Source of the DNA: Lentisphaerota bacterium | Lineage (GTDB): Bacteria; Verrucomicrobiota; Kiritimatiellia; UBA8416; JAUUYL01 | Direction of reading: 5' to 3' | DNA: 64,000 bases | Assembly (NCBI GenBank): GCA_030590485.1 | Contig: JAUUYL010000003.1 | Location: 6,977-70,976 of the forward strand | Shown here: positions 38,971 through 48,344 of the stretch, piece after piece | Numbering within the stretch: position 1 is the first letter of the stretch | Layout of the letters: each line of letters opens with the position of its first letter | The notes under the pieces: model-generated | What the model was told of the DNA's origin: nothing | Seen by the model: the letters and a program-made list of their open reading frames with translations, nothing else | Database searches by the model: none | Translations under genes and position numbers: made by a program

Positions 38971-39675
38971 CTACCATATATTCTTACGGCGTCTGAGTTC
39001 GGAGAATTCCTTTTCATTGGCAGCTCTAAGAAAAGGATTAGTTAGTTTTTCGACTTTTATGGTGGATGGAACCGATGGTTTGTCGCGGTCAATCCATTCC
39101 CGCACTATTTCCAGCTTGTCCTGTATATCTATATTATTCGGCTCTATATGGAGGGCAAACTCCAGGTTGTCTAATGTATATTCATGACCGCAGTAAACAA
39201 GCGTCTCGTCCGGCAAGGCAAGAATGCGCTGTAACGAATTCCACATCTCCATGGCCGTTCCTTCGAGAATGCGCCCGCATCCTGCAACGAACAACACGTC
39301 CCCGGTGAAAAGAACACTCTTCTCTCTGCAATAGTATACCACGTGATCATTGGTATGTCCCGGCAGAGCCATGACTTCGAAGTCCAGGTCGGCCGTATGG
39401 ATTATATCACCATCCACAACCTCTCTGTCCAATCCGGGAATACTCGATTGGGCCGGCCCCACTATTTCACAGTGGGCGGCATGTTTGAGCTCATGACAGC
39501 CACCCGTATGGTCGAAATGATGATGAGTAACCAAAACGTGAGAGATATGGAATCCCGATTCCCGAACTGTAGCAAGTACTGACTGGGCGCTGGCTGGGTC
39601 GATTACCACTGCCTTCTTATCGACAACGATAAGGTATATGTAATTATCACCAGAACGAAGGATTTTGATATTCAC
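38971..39675 (-). CDS. gloB: hydroxyacylglutathione hydrolase (metallo-beta-lactamase fold)
   Basis: It carries the THHHFDHTGG motif and downstream His/Asp ligands. The 234-aa length fits. Confidence 0.85.
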   Translation of the reverse strand: MNIKILRSGDNYIYLIVVDKKAVVIDPASAQSVLATVRESGFHISHVLVTHHHFDHTGGCHELKHAAHCEIVGPAQSSIPGLDREVVDGDIIHTADLDFEVMALPGHTNDHVVYYCREKSVLFTGDVLFVAGCGRILEGTAMEMWNSLQRILALPDETLVYCGHEYTLDNLEFALHIEPNNIDIQDKLEIVREWIDRDKPSVPSTIKVEKLTNPFLRAANEKEFSELRRRKNIW

Positions 39676-39686
39676 GATGTCATCAA

Positions 39687-40106
39687 TCAGGCTAACGCGT
39701 TCTTAACCATATCTGTTAATGTAGTGTTATCAACGGGTTTTCTAAGAAGGTATGCTTTCTCGTATTGCAACAACACCCTGTTGGCACTGCTGGGTGGATC
39801 ATAGGCCGTACAAAAAATAATTGCAGGAAGCTCCCAGTCCATGATGCGACAATGATCCTCGATTTCCCTGAACGCCTCTGCGCCATCCATAATCGGCATG
39901 TGTAAGTCCATCAGTAATACCGCATGGTGACCTTCCATGAAACTGTCAACTGCTTCTGCACCATTGGCGGCCAATTCTACCCGCGAATCCGGCACGTCGG
40001 TCTCAACAAACAACTTGAACATTTCGCGAATCTGTTGTTCATCATCAACGACAAGAATCTTACGCTTGCCCACTGGCTGAAGATCTTTTGTTTCTCCGTC
40101 ACTCAT
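39687..40106 (-). CDS. single-domain response regulator (CheY-like receiver)
   Basis: The receiver domain reads ILVVDDEQQIREM...LLMDLHMPIMDGAEA, with the conserved DD...D...K pattern. The start was set at ATG 40106 with a GGGGG RBS, because the upstream part of the track ORF is Cys-rich low complexity. Confidence 0.75.
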   Translation of the reverse strand: MSDGETKDLQPVGKRKILVVDDEQQIREMFKLFVETDVPDSRVELAANGAEAVDSFMEGHHAVLLMDLHMPIMDGAEAFREIEDHCRIMDWELPAIIFCTAYDPPSSANRVLLQYEKAYLLRKPVDNTTLTDMVKNALA

Positions 40107-40252
40107 AACACCCCCTGTTAAGCTCACCACAGTAAGAAACACGAATTTTACAATATGCAACATGCTATTGCCAGTAAAAAACATAGCTGACCAAGCCACG
40201 CGCGAGCGTCTCGCAACTCGACATCCGCAGACAAACATATTATATTTGTCAC

Positions 40253-40708
40253 ATGAAAATACACATTGTACTTGTCCATCCGGAAATACCGCACAACACA
40301 GGCGCGATAGGCCGGCTTTGCGTTGGCCTGGATGCCAAGCTTCACTTGATACGTCCATTGGGGTTTTCTCTTGATGAAGCGGCTTTAAAGCGAAGCGGCT
40401 TGGATTACTGGGAGCATGTTGATGTTACCGTACATAAAAATTGGGAATCGTTTCTGAAAACGGAAGAACCTGAACAAATGCTTTTCGCCAGCACTCGCGG
40501 AAAACGCGATGTTTACGAGAGCGTCATGAGGGACGGCATATACCTGGTTTTCGGAAATGAGACAAGCGGACTTCCTGATGATATTTACGATACTTATAAG
40601 GATCAGCTCATACAGATTCCCATGCCGGGTAAGCACGCGCGCTCAATTAACCTCGCTAACGCGGCGTCCATAGTAGCCTACGAAGCGTATAGGAGAATTA
40701 GACGGTAG
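40253..40708 (+). CDS. trmL: tRNA (cytidine/uridine-2'-O)-methyltransferase TrmL (SpoU family)
   Basis: The N-terminus is MKIHIVLVHPEIPHNTGAIGRLC. It has the SPOUT fold motifs and NETSGLP, and the 151-aa length fits. Confidence 0.85.
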   Translation: MKIHIVLVHPEIPHNTGAIGRLCVGLDAKLHLIRPLGFSLDEAALKRSGLDYWEHVDVTVHKNWESFLKTEEPEQMLFASTRGKRDVYESVMRDGIYLVFGNETSGLPDDIYDTYKDQLIQIPMPGKHARSINLANAASIVAYEAYRRIRR

Positions 40709-41196
40709 ACGATGGACTGTGGACTATCCGCCTTCGCCAAGACTTCGGCGGACGAGCTGACCACAGATTGAGCTGTTTCCGTTGTTATGTTGAGTAGCTA
40801 TATCAACGTCTGACCGAGGTGAGAGAAAGAGTTTACCCCGGGACAGAGATTGGTTTATTGGGAAATTGGATTATTGGTGTAATAATTCGAGATCATGCCT
40901 TTGGCTTGATAAATATTGACCCCAAGAAAAATGACGGTTTACGTAACTAACCCGCATGTTTCACGAGATCACAGTAAGGCGGAGCTGTGTTTAAATCCTG
41001 CCCAAATCGCCTCTCCTACTCTGCGTTCTTCGGGCCCTCGAGGCGGGAACGCTGGGCGCGAAATCCTTTACAAGACAGAATCCTCATTATCTTGCTATGT
41101 GTAATTATATGAGGTATTTTCTTACCGTGTCTCGTGAGACCTGCCTGCCACGCTAGCGGCGTGGTTACGTGTCACGAGTTCCGAAGGAGCGTTTAT

Positions 41197-41415
41197 ATGC
41201 CAATTTACGAATACAATTGTTCGAAATGTGAACATGGTTTTGAAGTGCTGGTCCGATCCGATAAGGATCTGCCGAAGAAATGCCCAAAATGCGGAGCAGC
41301 TAAGCCAGGGAAAGCGTTTTCCTCGTTTGCGGTAACAGCAAGCGACCCCTGTAATGTCTGTCCCAGCAGCGGAGCAGGCTGCCCTTCGGCTGGAACCGGA
41401 TGCTGCGGGATGTGA
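41197..41415 (+). CDS. FmdB-family zinc-ribbon protein
   Basis: The N-terminus MPIYEYNCSKCEHGFEV...CPKCG is the FmdB/CxxC-x(n)-CxxC hallmark. A Cys/Gly-rich C-terminal tail is present, and an AAGGAG RBS sits upstream. Confidence 0.6.
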   Translation: MPIYEYNCSKCEHGFEVLVRSDKDLPKKCPKCGAAKPGKAFSSFAVTASDPCNVCPSSGAGCPSAGTGCCGM

Positions 41416-41441
41416 AACGAATTATAATATAAGGATGTAAT

Positions 41442-41744
41442 ATGAAAACCCGATTGCCCATCTATTGCCTATTGCCCATTGCCTATTGCCTTCTCTCGAC
41501 CGGTTGCGCCTATACAAATATCCAGGTTCCAATGGATAGGGATTTCAACAACACGCAACTGGGAAGTAAGGAGGGCGTTTCAAGCGCGAAGACAGTTCTC
41601 TATCTCGTTTCGTGGGGTGATTCCGGCACAAAGGCCGCAGCAAATAATGGTGGTATCACGACTATCAAGCATGCTGATCAACGTGTCTTTGCTGTTTTAT
41701 TTGGCCTCTATACAAAAGTTAGCACAGTAGTATATGGCGACTAA
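41442..41744 (+). CDS. small lipoprotein, paralog 1 of tandem pair
   Basis: It has a lipobox LSTGC and shared motifs with the next gene (DFNNTQLGSK against NFDNTPVGSK). Both proteins end in ...YGD. Confidence 0.5.
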   Translation: MKTRLPIYCLLPIAYCLLSTGCAYTNIQVPMDRDFNNTQLGSKEGVSSAKTVLYLVSWGDSGTKAAANNGGITTIKHADQRVFAVLFGLYTKVSTVVYGD

Positions 41745-42060
41745 ACTATTCTTTCTGTCAGCTATCCTGTTTATAACAGCGGGCTGCTCTGTCTCTGGCC
41801 GGCTGGTCACCAACAGTACCAGCCCGTATACCAGGAATTTTGACAATACGCCTGTCGGTTCAAAACAATGCGTTCTCCACGACTTCAGATTGAGAGAGCC
41901 GATAAGCGGGCACAGCATCTCGGCAGAATGGACGACGGATAAGATCCTCAAGGTTGCCGAAAAGGCTGGTATGACAAATATTTACTATGCCGATATGCAT
42001 ACATTCTCCCTTCTGCTTGGTATTTACAAACGTAAGAAATTGATTATTTACGGGGATTGA
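41734..42060 (+). CDS. small lipoprotein, paralog 2 of tandem pair
   Basis: It has a lipobox ITAGC and is a paralog of 41442-41744. The two genes overlap by 11 nt. Confidence 0.5.
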   Translation: MATKLFFLSAILFITAGCSVSGRLVTNSTSPYTRNFDNTPVGSKQCVLHDFRLREPISGHSISAEWTTDKILKVAEKAGMTNIYYADMHTFSLLLGIYKRKKLIIYGD

Positions 42061-42111
42061 GGTGGACACACGCTTTCTGTCTCTTTATCCTGATGTAAAA
42101 AGGAGATTCTT

Positions 42112-42612
42112 ATGAAATGTTCAGTAATTATCACATTCGTTGCTCTAGTGCTCTTCTCTGCAGGCTGCAAAATGGTTGAACCGCCGAAAGCGACCATGGC
42201 AGGCAAATCTTTTGATTCGGGTAACAAATTCTACGAAAAGGTCAGCGCGCATGAAAAGAACGGTTTCGGAAGATACACGTGGGCAAACGGCGATTTCTAC
42301 AAGGGTGAATTTAAAGACGACCAGATGCATGGTAAAGGACTTATGATATATGCTGACAGAAGCGTTTATCAGGGTGACTTTCGCGACGGCAACTTTCATG
42401 GCGAAGGCATATATGTATTCACGGACAACACCAGATATGACGGCTCATTCAAAAACGACATGATGTGCGGTAAAGGGCTTTTAGTATATGCTGACGGCAG
42501 CTGGTATGACGGCTCATTCAAAAACGATAAGATGCACGGCAAGGGGCAATACACTGACTCCAAAGGGAAAGTGTTCAAAGGTATGTTTCGTGACGGCTAT
42601 TTTGTAAAATGA
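42112..42612 (+). CDS. MORN-repeat lipoprotein
   Basis: It has a lipobox FSAGC and about five tandem Y-x-G-x-F/W-x-x-G-x-x-H-G-x-G MORN repeats. Confidence 0.7.
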   Translation: MKCSVIITFVALVLFSAGCKMVEPPKATMAGKSFDSGNKFYEKVSAHEKNGFGRYTWANGDFYKGEFKDDQMHGKGLMIYADRSVYQGDFRDGNFHGEGIYVFTDNTRYDGSFKNDMMCGKGLLVYADGSWYDGSFKNDKMHGKGQYTDSKGKVFKGMFRDGYFVK

Positions 42613-42656
42613 CACAGGGCAAGAGCAAAGGGTCTTGAAGGGGTAATATAGTGAAG

Positions 42657-42797
42657 ATGAATCTTGCTAACAAAGTGGCCTTTGTTACAGGTGCAGGTCG
42701 AGGAATAGGGAAAGCCATAGCATTGATGATCGCTAATGCGGGCGGGCATGTGATCCCTGCGGGGGACTACAAAAAAGCAAGATGGGATTATGATTAA
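42657..42797 (+). pseudogene. short-chain dehydrogenase/reductase N-terminal fragment
   Basis: The translation is [46 protein letters not shown]. The TGxxxGxG Rossmann start of FabG-like SDRs is intact, and the ORF terminates after 46 codons. Confidence 0.5.
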
Positions 42798-42818
42798 GAA
42801 TGAGAGAGGGAGATAGAT

Positions 42819-43094
42819 ATGGCGAAGGTTGAGATATATTATGCGCAGATGTGTGATCTTTGCCATAAGGCAATGGATTATTTCTCCGAAAAGGAAATCG
42901 AGTTTGAATCTTATGAGGTCAAGTGGAAAGGCGAAGGCTGGCTGGAAGATGATAACTCACGCGAGATGCTTCGCCGTTGTGGTGATGTGGATTTTGTTCC
43001 CCAGTTGTTCATAAACGATCAACATATCAAGGGATGGAAGACTCTCTCTGCACTCATCGAGACAGGCGAAATTGAAAACTTATTAAAGCAATAA
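42819..43094 (+). CDS. glutaredoxin-like protein
   Basis: The 91-aa ORF has a CDLC active-site-like motif after the first beta-strand (KVEIYYAQMCDLCHKA), with a thioredoxin-fold length and pattern. Confidence 0.55.
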   Translation: MAKVEIYYAQMCDLCHKAMDYFSEKEIEFESYEVKWKGEGWLEDDNSREMLRRCGDVDFVPQLFINDQHIKGWKTLSALIETGEIENLLKQ

Positions 43095-43104
43095 ACCATA
43101 CCGC

Positions 43105-43986
43105 TTATCGGCCGCAGAAAATACTGAACCCGGAGTGATACCTGCGGAACCTAGTGGGTACGGTCATCGGCTGGTAACCGAGCCTGCCGGAAGGAAGTCT
43201 TCCCCGGATTGGAAGCACCTGATATGCGACTGGCATCGGACAAGTGGAGCCATAGACAAAACGCATAGGGCTAGTTCGAGTCGGCCAGGTTATCTTTTGC
43301 GGCCTCCTTACAGCTCCGGCTGCTGCCAACTTTTCAAAAGCGTCTTCAAACTGTTCAGTTTTCTGCGCCCTTACCTCACGTGCAAGTTCAGCATCCTGCG
43401 CCTGCTTACAAGCGCGTTCAGCACGCATCCTCTTCAGGGTCTCTGTTTCTGCATCAGAGATCATTTGAACCTCGCTGATTACACCCCCGTTAAAGATTCT
43501 TGCTGTATTATCTTTAATCTCTATCACCCTGAGCTGACTGCCGTTTAAGACGAGCCCGTCACTTTGCCTTGCGAATTGCTTTCTGCCAGTTTCAAGGGAT
43601 ACAAGCCCTACCATACGGCCATTCGCCGACATGATTTCATTGAGAATCAAAGGTGTGATCCTTCCGGCATAATCCTCCAGCATCAGCGAACCTGACTTGA
43701 CGGTTTTGTAAGCCTTGAGCGACTTTCTATAGACGTGTTTACTGTCGGGTTCATATGACTTAACGAGATACGGGCCAACATGATCTCCTATCTCGACAAA
43801 ATGAGTGGTGCCGCTCAGGTGGTTTAACGAGAAAACGAATCCCGACGATTTCTTTGTGACAATGGAGGTGAATTTGTATGCGAAGCATGCCGGCCTTATC
43901 GAATAAACACGGATATCATCCAGCGATGCAACTGCACATGCGACAACAAGGTGCATAATAGTCGCTATTATGAAGCTTTTTCTCAT
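43105..43986 (-). CDS. hypothetical secreted protein
   Basis: It has a signal peptide. It ends in a Pro/Arg-rich low-complexity tail that may reflect a frameshift or read-through. Confidence 0.35.
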   Translation of the reverse strand: MRKSFIIATIMHLVVACAVASLDDIRVYSIRPACFAYKFTSIVTKKSSGFVFSLNHLSGTTHFVEIGDHVGPYLVKSYEPDSKHVYRKSLKAYKTVKSGSLMLEDYAGRITPLILNEIMSANGRMVGLVSLETGRKQFARQSDGLVLNGSQLRVIEIKDNTARIFNGGVISEVQMISDAETETLKRMRAERACKQAQDAELAREVRAQKTEQFEDAFEKLAAAGAVRRPQKITWPTRTSPMRFVYGSTCPMPVAYQVLPIRGRLPSGRLGYQPMTVPTRFRRYHSGFSIFCGR

Positions 43987-44098
43987 AACGGAGCCATTGT
44001 ACCACCACCTGACACGAATAACAATGCTGTTGATTCACTATTCATCAATCATCATTATCTTCCCTTGACCCCTACCCTCTTCCATATAGAATAGAGGT

Positions 44099-44935
44099 AT
44101 GAAATATGTACTCTTACTTTCTCTGCCGATAGCCGCAATTTTATATTATTCTATTAAATCATTCACACGCAAAGCGCGTCATCGTTCGCTACTGCACAAA
44201 CCGTTTCCTGATGACTGGTGTGATATCTTAAAAAAGAACCTCCCTCCTTACAGTCTTTTGACTGATGAGTTGCGCAAGCAGCTTCATTGGTATATTCATG
44301 TTTTTCTCGATGAAAAGACATTTGAAGGGTGCGGAGGGCTTGAGCTTAATGATGAGATTAAGGTCACTATTGCCGGGAACGCATGTCTCCTGCTTCTTGG
44401 TCATCCAAACCGTTTGTATCCAACGCTCAGAACTATCCTTGTATATCCGCGCACTTACGTTGCCGGGGGCAAGGGTATACTTGGGGGGCAGATCGACGAG
44501 CCGTCCGCCCGCCTTGGTGAATCCTGGCAAAACGGCCCGATTGTCCTCGCGTGGGACAGCGTTAAACAAGGCGCGGTAAATTTTGAAGACGGCAACAATG
44601 TTACCATCCATGAATTCGCTCATCAGCTTGATCAGGAAGACGGAGCCGCCGATGGCGCGCCCATTCTCGACAAAAGCATCTCCTCATACCGGACATGGGC
44701 AAAAGTATTCACCCGCGAGTACCAGGGGCTGAGAAAGAAAAAACGTAAGTTCAAGAAAAGCGTCATGAATAAATACGGAGCCACGAATCCTGCTGAGTTC
44801 TTTGCGGTAGCTACAGAATCATTTTATGAGAAACCCGAACAGATGGCAAAACGTCATCCGGAACTGTTTAATGAGTTGAAGCGTTATTACGGAGTAGACC
44901 CGGAAAAATGGACTACGGACTCTAATAACTATTAA
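44099..44935 (+). CDS. zinc-dependent peptidase, MtfA/M90-like
   Basis: It has an HExxH motif (TIHEFAHQLD), a downstream acidic block (EDGAADGAP) and an N-terminal membrane anchor. The overall length and motif spacing resemble MtfA. Confidence 0.5.
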   Translation: MKYVLLLSLPIAAILYYSIKSFTRKARHRSLLHKPFPDDWCDILKKNLPPYSLLTDELRKQLHWYIHVFLDEKTFEGCGGLELNDEIKVTIAGNACLLLLGHPNRLYPTLRTILVYPRTYVAGGKGILGGQIDEPSARLGESWQNGPIVLAWDSVKQGAVNFEDGNNVTIHEFAHQLDQEDGAADGAPILDKSISSYRTWAKVFTREYQGLRKKKRKFKKSVMNKYGATNPAEFFAVATESFYEKPEQMAKRHPELFNELKRYYGVDPEKWTTDSNNY

Positions 44936-44979
44936 CTGCGTTGAGCTTGTAAAAGCGAAACGCTACTGAGGAGACTGAG

Positions 44980-45252
44980 ATGAAACAGATAGATACAAAA
45001 AGTATGGTAATCGGAATGTTGCTGGTGGTGCTGGTCGCTGGGGCTGTAGCCGCTTCCGGCGGATACCCAGTGGTGAGATACGAATTGTTTACCATAAACA
45101 CAACGACGGCAAGTGGTGCAGAGTTGAAGATTGCTGATAGCCCCTCTGCTGCAACCGCTGCAGGCGTTCTCAAGCACGACACCCAGACGGGCCGTGTATG
45201 GGCATTGACTATACGCAACAATAAAGCTGACAAATGGGTTGAAATCAAGTAA
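44980..45252 (+). CDS. small secreted/membrane-anchored hypothetical protein
   Basis: The 90-aa ORF has an N-terminal hydrophobic helix. It lies 33 nt upstream of the next large secreted-protein gene. Confidence 0.35.
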   Translation: MKQIDTKSMVIGMLLVVLVAGAVAASGGYPVVRYELFTINTTTASGAELKIADSPSAATAAGVLKHDTQTGRVWALTIRNNKADKWVEIK

Positions 45253-45285
45253 TAGAAACCTGCTCCAGAGAACGAGATATAGTTC

Positions 45286-47049
45286 ATGAAATTGGCATCC
45301 AGAAATATTATTTTGCTGTTAGCCGGCTGCTACCTTGTCGCCGGGCACGCGCTGGCAGATAAAAACGTGTTCAATAATTTTATTCGCTCAGCGCGCAAGA
45401 ACATGGAAACTATTCTTCTCAAGGAGCGGGATGTAGTGATTAAGACAGGCCTTGCCGTACATATTACAAACAAAAGCGGTGATAACCTTCAGAATGTAAA
45501 AGTCGCTCTGAACGACAGAATATTAGCGTTCTCCGACAGTAAGGGCATCTGTGCTTTTCTCGACGTGAGAAAGGGCATCCATAATGTGGAGATCTCAGCC
45601 CACGGCTACGCAGTAATTAAAGATGCCAACGTTAAATATGATCCTGCTTCTCCCTGGGCAGCTCCCAGAGAATATAAACTGAAGGCTTTACCAACGACAA
45701 TGGTGGTGGGCATTGAGGACCGAGGCGGCATTCCCCTTGAGGGCGTTACAGTTAAAATGGCAGGGGAGGAAATCCAGACAAGCGAAAAAGGTGTAGCACG
45801 ATTTAACAATATCCTGCTTGATAATGCCACACCTCTAACCGCACAAAAACCAGGCTTTATCAAAGTAAGGAAGACATTGATATTATCTCCTGATAATTGG
45901 AGCACAGAGGTTTATCAAAGCATTGTATTGCAGCGTAAGAAACAATTTGAGCTCAACGGCGCGTTTCAGGTGAATGACCCACAAAGTCTGCCACAGAACA
46001 ACGGAGACGGAAAAGCCAACGCGGGCGAATCAATCAAGCTGCCTGTAAAGATTTCTAACATCAGCGATGAGATGACCGATTCCTGGACATTGGCATTCAG
46101 GTGCGATTCTCCACACATCGAATTCCAGGAAAAGCCGACATACGAGAACAAACCACTGAAGCCCGGTGAAGAACGTGGTTTTCTAATACCAATAAACATC
46201 AAGTCGTCTGTGAATAAAATAGAGGTTCTCAAAGTGGTCGCCACAATCATACCTAAGAATGACTTCTTTGGTGCAGAGCAGAAAACTTTTCCATTACCTG
46301 TTCATCCCGGAGAGCTGCTTAAATTTAAGCTGATGATAGACCCGATAGTACAGGATCAGGTTGTCGGGAATCTATCGCAAAGAAACAATGGCAACAATAT
46401 GCTGGGGCCGGGAGAATACGGGACAATCCGTCTGACTATCGGAAACCTGGGTGAAGCCGTTAAGAACGTCCAATTCTATCTGGAAACATTACCGTCGGAT
46501 CTTATTGATCCACGTGCAATCAAACAGCATAACCAGAAAAAGAATGGTGTTACTATGCAGGCAAACCAGCTGATGGATGCTGTATTCAAAATAGATGTTC
46601 CTAGAGATTATGATTATTCGCTCATACCACTTTTTGTCATGGCAGAAAGCCATGGTCGTGTTTGGGGCGAAAGATTCGCTATTCCCGTCGAAGGCAAAAG
46701 TGATTTCCACGCATCTATAGCGGGCAAAGGTCAACTTGCTAGGGGTGGAGTTTTCAGCTTCACAATAAAAATGACTTATTCCGGCTCAGAAAGCTTCAAG
46801 GGCAATCTGGTTCTTTCTTCAGAGAGTAAGCTCATAAAGACAAAGCCAGAGGTGTTTCGTGGACGCACAATAGTTCCTGACAAGACTATGGAATTGACTG
46901 GGATGATGACTATTCCGTCCAACTATTCCAGCGACACATTTAAACTGAAGTTTAAAATCAGAGACATGGGACTGGGGAACGCGGAAGTCTTCAGCAAGGA
47001 CTTTATGTTTAAACTGAAAAAACAGAAAAGACAAAATCAAAGACAATAA
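45286..47049 (+). CDS. large secreted hypothetical protein (587 aa)
   Basis: It has a signal peptide, several beta-rich modules reminiscent of carboxypeptidase-regulatory-like/Ig-like folds, and a basic tail KKQKRQNQRQ. Confidence 0.45.
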   Translation: MKLASRNIILLLAGCYLVAGHALADKNVFNNFIRSARKNMETILLKERDVVIKTGLAVHITNKSGDNLQNVKVALNDRILAFSDSKGICAFLDVRKGIHNVEISAHGYAVIKDANVKYDPASPWAAPREYKLKALPTTMVVGIEDRGGIPLEGVTVKMAGEEIQTSEKGVARFNNILLDNATPLTAQKPGFIKVRKTLILSPDNWSTEVYQSIVLQRKKQFELNGAFQVNDPQSLPQNNGDGKANAGESIKLPVKISNISDEMTDSWTLAFRCDSPHIEFQEKPTYENKPLKPGEERGFLIPINIKSSVNKIEVLKVVATIIPKNDFFGAEQKTFPLPVHPGELLKFKLMIDPIVQDQVVGNLSQRNNGNNMLGPGEYGTIRLTIGNLGEAVKNVQFYLETLPSDLIDPRAIKQHNQKKNGVTMQANQLMDAVFKIDVPRDYDYSLIPLFVMAESHGRVWGERFAIPVEGKSDFHASIAGKGQLARGGVFSFTIKMTYSGSESFKGNLVLSSESKLIKTKPEVFRGRTIVPDKTMELTGMMTIPSNYSSDTFKLKFKIRDMGLGNAEVFSKDFMFKLKKQKRQNQRQ

Positions 47050-47179
47050 TGGTGCAGAGAAAAATATCAAGGCTCAAAGTTTCAGGAGAGAAATAAGACC
47101 TATAAGACTTTTGTGACATATAGGACATATGGCATTGTGTTCCACAGTCCACCGTCCATAGTCCACGGTCCATGATAAT

Positions 47180-47644
47180 ATGATTTCAATGATATCCATA
47201 TTGGGACGTAACGGGGCAATTAGCCGCAACGGAGAACTGCTGTGGAGTATACCGGAAGATTTGGCTCACTTTAAGAAGCTGACCCTGGGACATACAATCA
47301 TCATGGGAAGAAAGACTTTTGCATCCATTGGCCGCCCCCTAACCGGCCGTACAAACATCGTCTTGAGCAAAAATCCAGATTATGACGCCGATGAATGCAT
47401 TATGTGCCAATCGCTTGAGGAGGCATTATGCAAGGCGCACGGTGACGAGGTGTTTATTATCGGGGGCGGCGAGATCTATGAGCAGGCGATATTTCTGGCC
47501 GATAAACTGTACCTGACTATTGTGAACGACCAACCGGAAGCCGACACTTTTTTCCCTGAATATTCGGAGTTTAAAGCCGTTATCTCAGAAGAGCAGCACC
47601 AACACAACGGCTTAAAATATACGTTCGTGGAACTCTCGCGCTGA
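47180..47644 (+). CDS. folA: dihydrofolate reductase
   Basis: The DHFR N-terminus reads ISILGRNGAISRNGELLWSIPEDLAHFKKLTLGHTIIMGRKTF, and the length fits. Confidence 0.9.
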   Translation: MISMISILGRNGAISRNGELLWSIPEDLAHFKKLTLGHTIIMGRKTFASIGRPLTGRTNIVLSKNPDYDADECIMCQSLEEALCKAHGDEVFIIGGGEIYEQAIFLADKLYLTIVNDQPEADTFFPEYSEFKAVISEEQHQHNGLKYTFVELSR

Positions 47645-47705
47645 GGCGAACCTAACCCCATGTCCCGAATGGTACTTTAAGTTAGTACCGTTCCCCCTTG
47701 ATCCT

Positions 47706-48218
47706 CTACTTGCAGTAGTGCAAGACGGAATAGACTTTCATATCGACCAGCTTGTCCGCCGCTTTCTGCTCTTCGAGCCATTCAAAGAGTCCGTCTACGG
47801 GAATTTCATGGACAATAATATCTTCTGAGTCGACCCCTCCCCCTGCACCTGTTTTCTTTAAGTTGGTCGCCAGAAAGAATGTGAGAATCTCGTCAGTTAC
47901 ACCCGGAGATGTCGCGCCCTCGAACAGAAATTTCATCTCGCCAGCCTCGTAGCCTGTTTCTTCCATAAGCTCCCGCCTGGCGGCAGACTCCAACGTTTCA
48001 TTCTTGTCGCCTTCATCACCAACGAGTCCGGCAGGCAGTTCGATAACGTTTTTATCGAGCGGCGGGCGGTACTGTTCGCATAGGATAATCTTGCCATCAT
48101 CGGTAAGCGGTACGATTCCGACGATTCCGGTAATATTCTTGCGCGTGGTGTATTCCCACGTATCACGCACCATAAAATCAATATAGCGCCCTTTACAAAG
48201 TCGTTCTGGGTTACTCAT
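47706..48218 (-). CDS. NUDIX hydrolase (ADP-ribose pyrophosphatase-like)
   Basis: The Nudix box is GLVGDEGDKNETLESAARRELMEETG. Confidence 0.85.
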   Translation of the reverse strand: MSNPERLCKGRYIDFMVRDTWEYTTRKNITGIVGIVPLTDDGKIILCEQYRPPLDKNVIELPAGLVGDEGDKNETLESAARRELMEETGYEAGEMKFLFEGATSPGVTDEILTFFLATNLKKTGAGGGVDSEDIIVHEIPVDGLFEWLEEQKAADKLVDMKVYSVLHYCK

Positions 48219-48344
48219 CTAGATACTATATTTAACCTTGCATTGAAGTGCAATGTGAATATATAAAAGTTCACGTAATTAACAAAAAAACATGACGCGC
48301 ACATCATCACATCGTTCGTAACTGTCCCAAACGAAAGAGACAAG

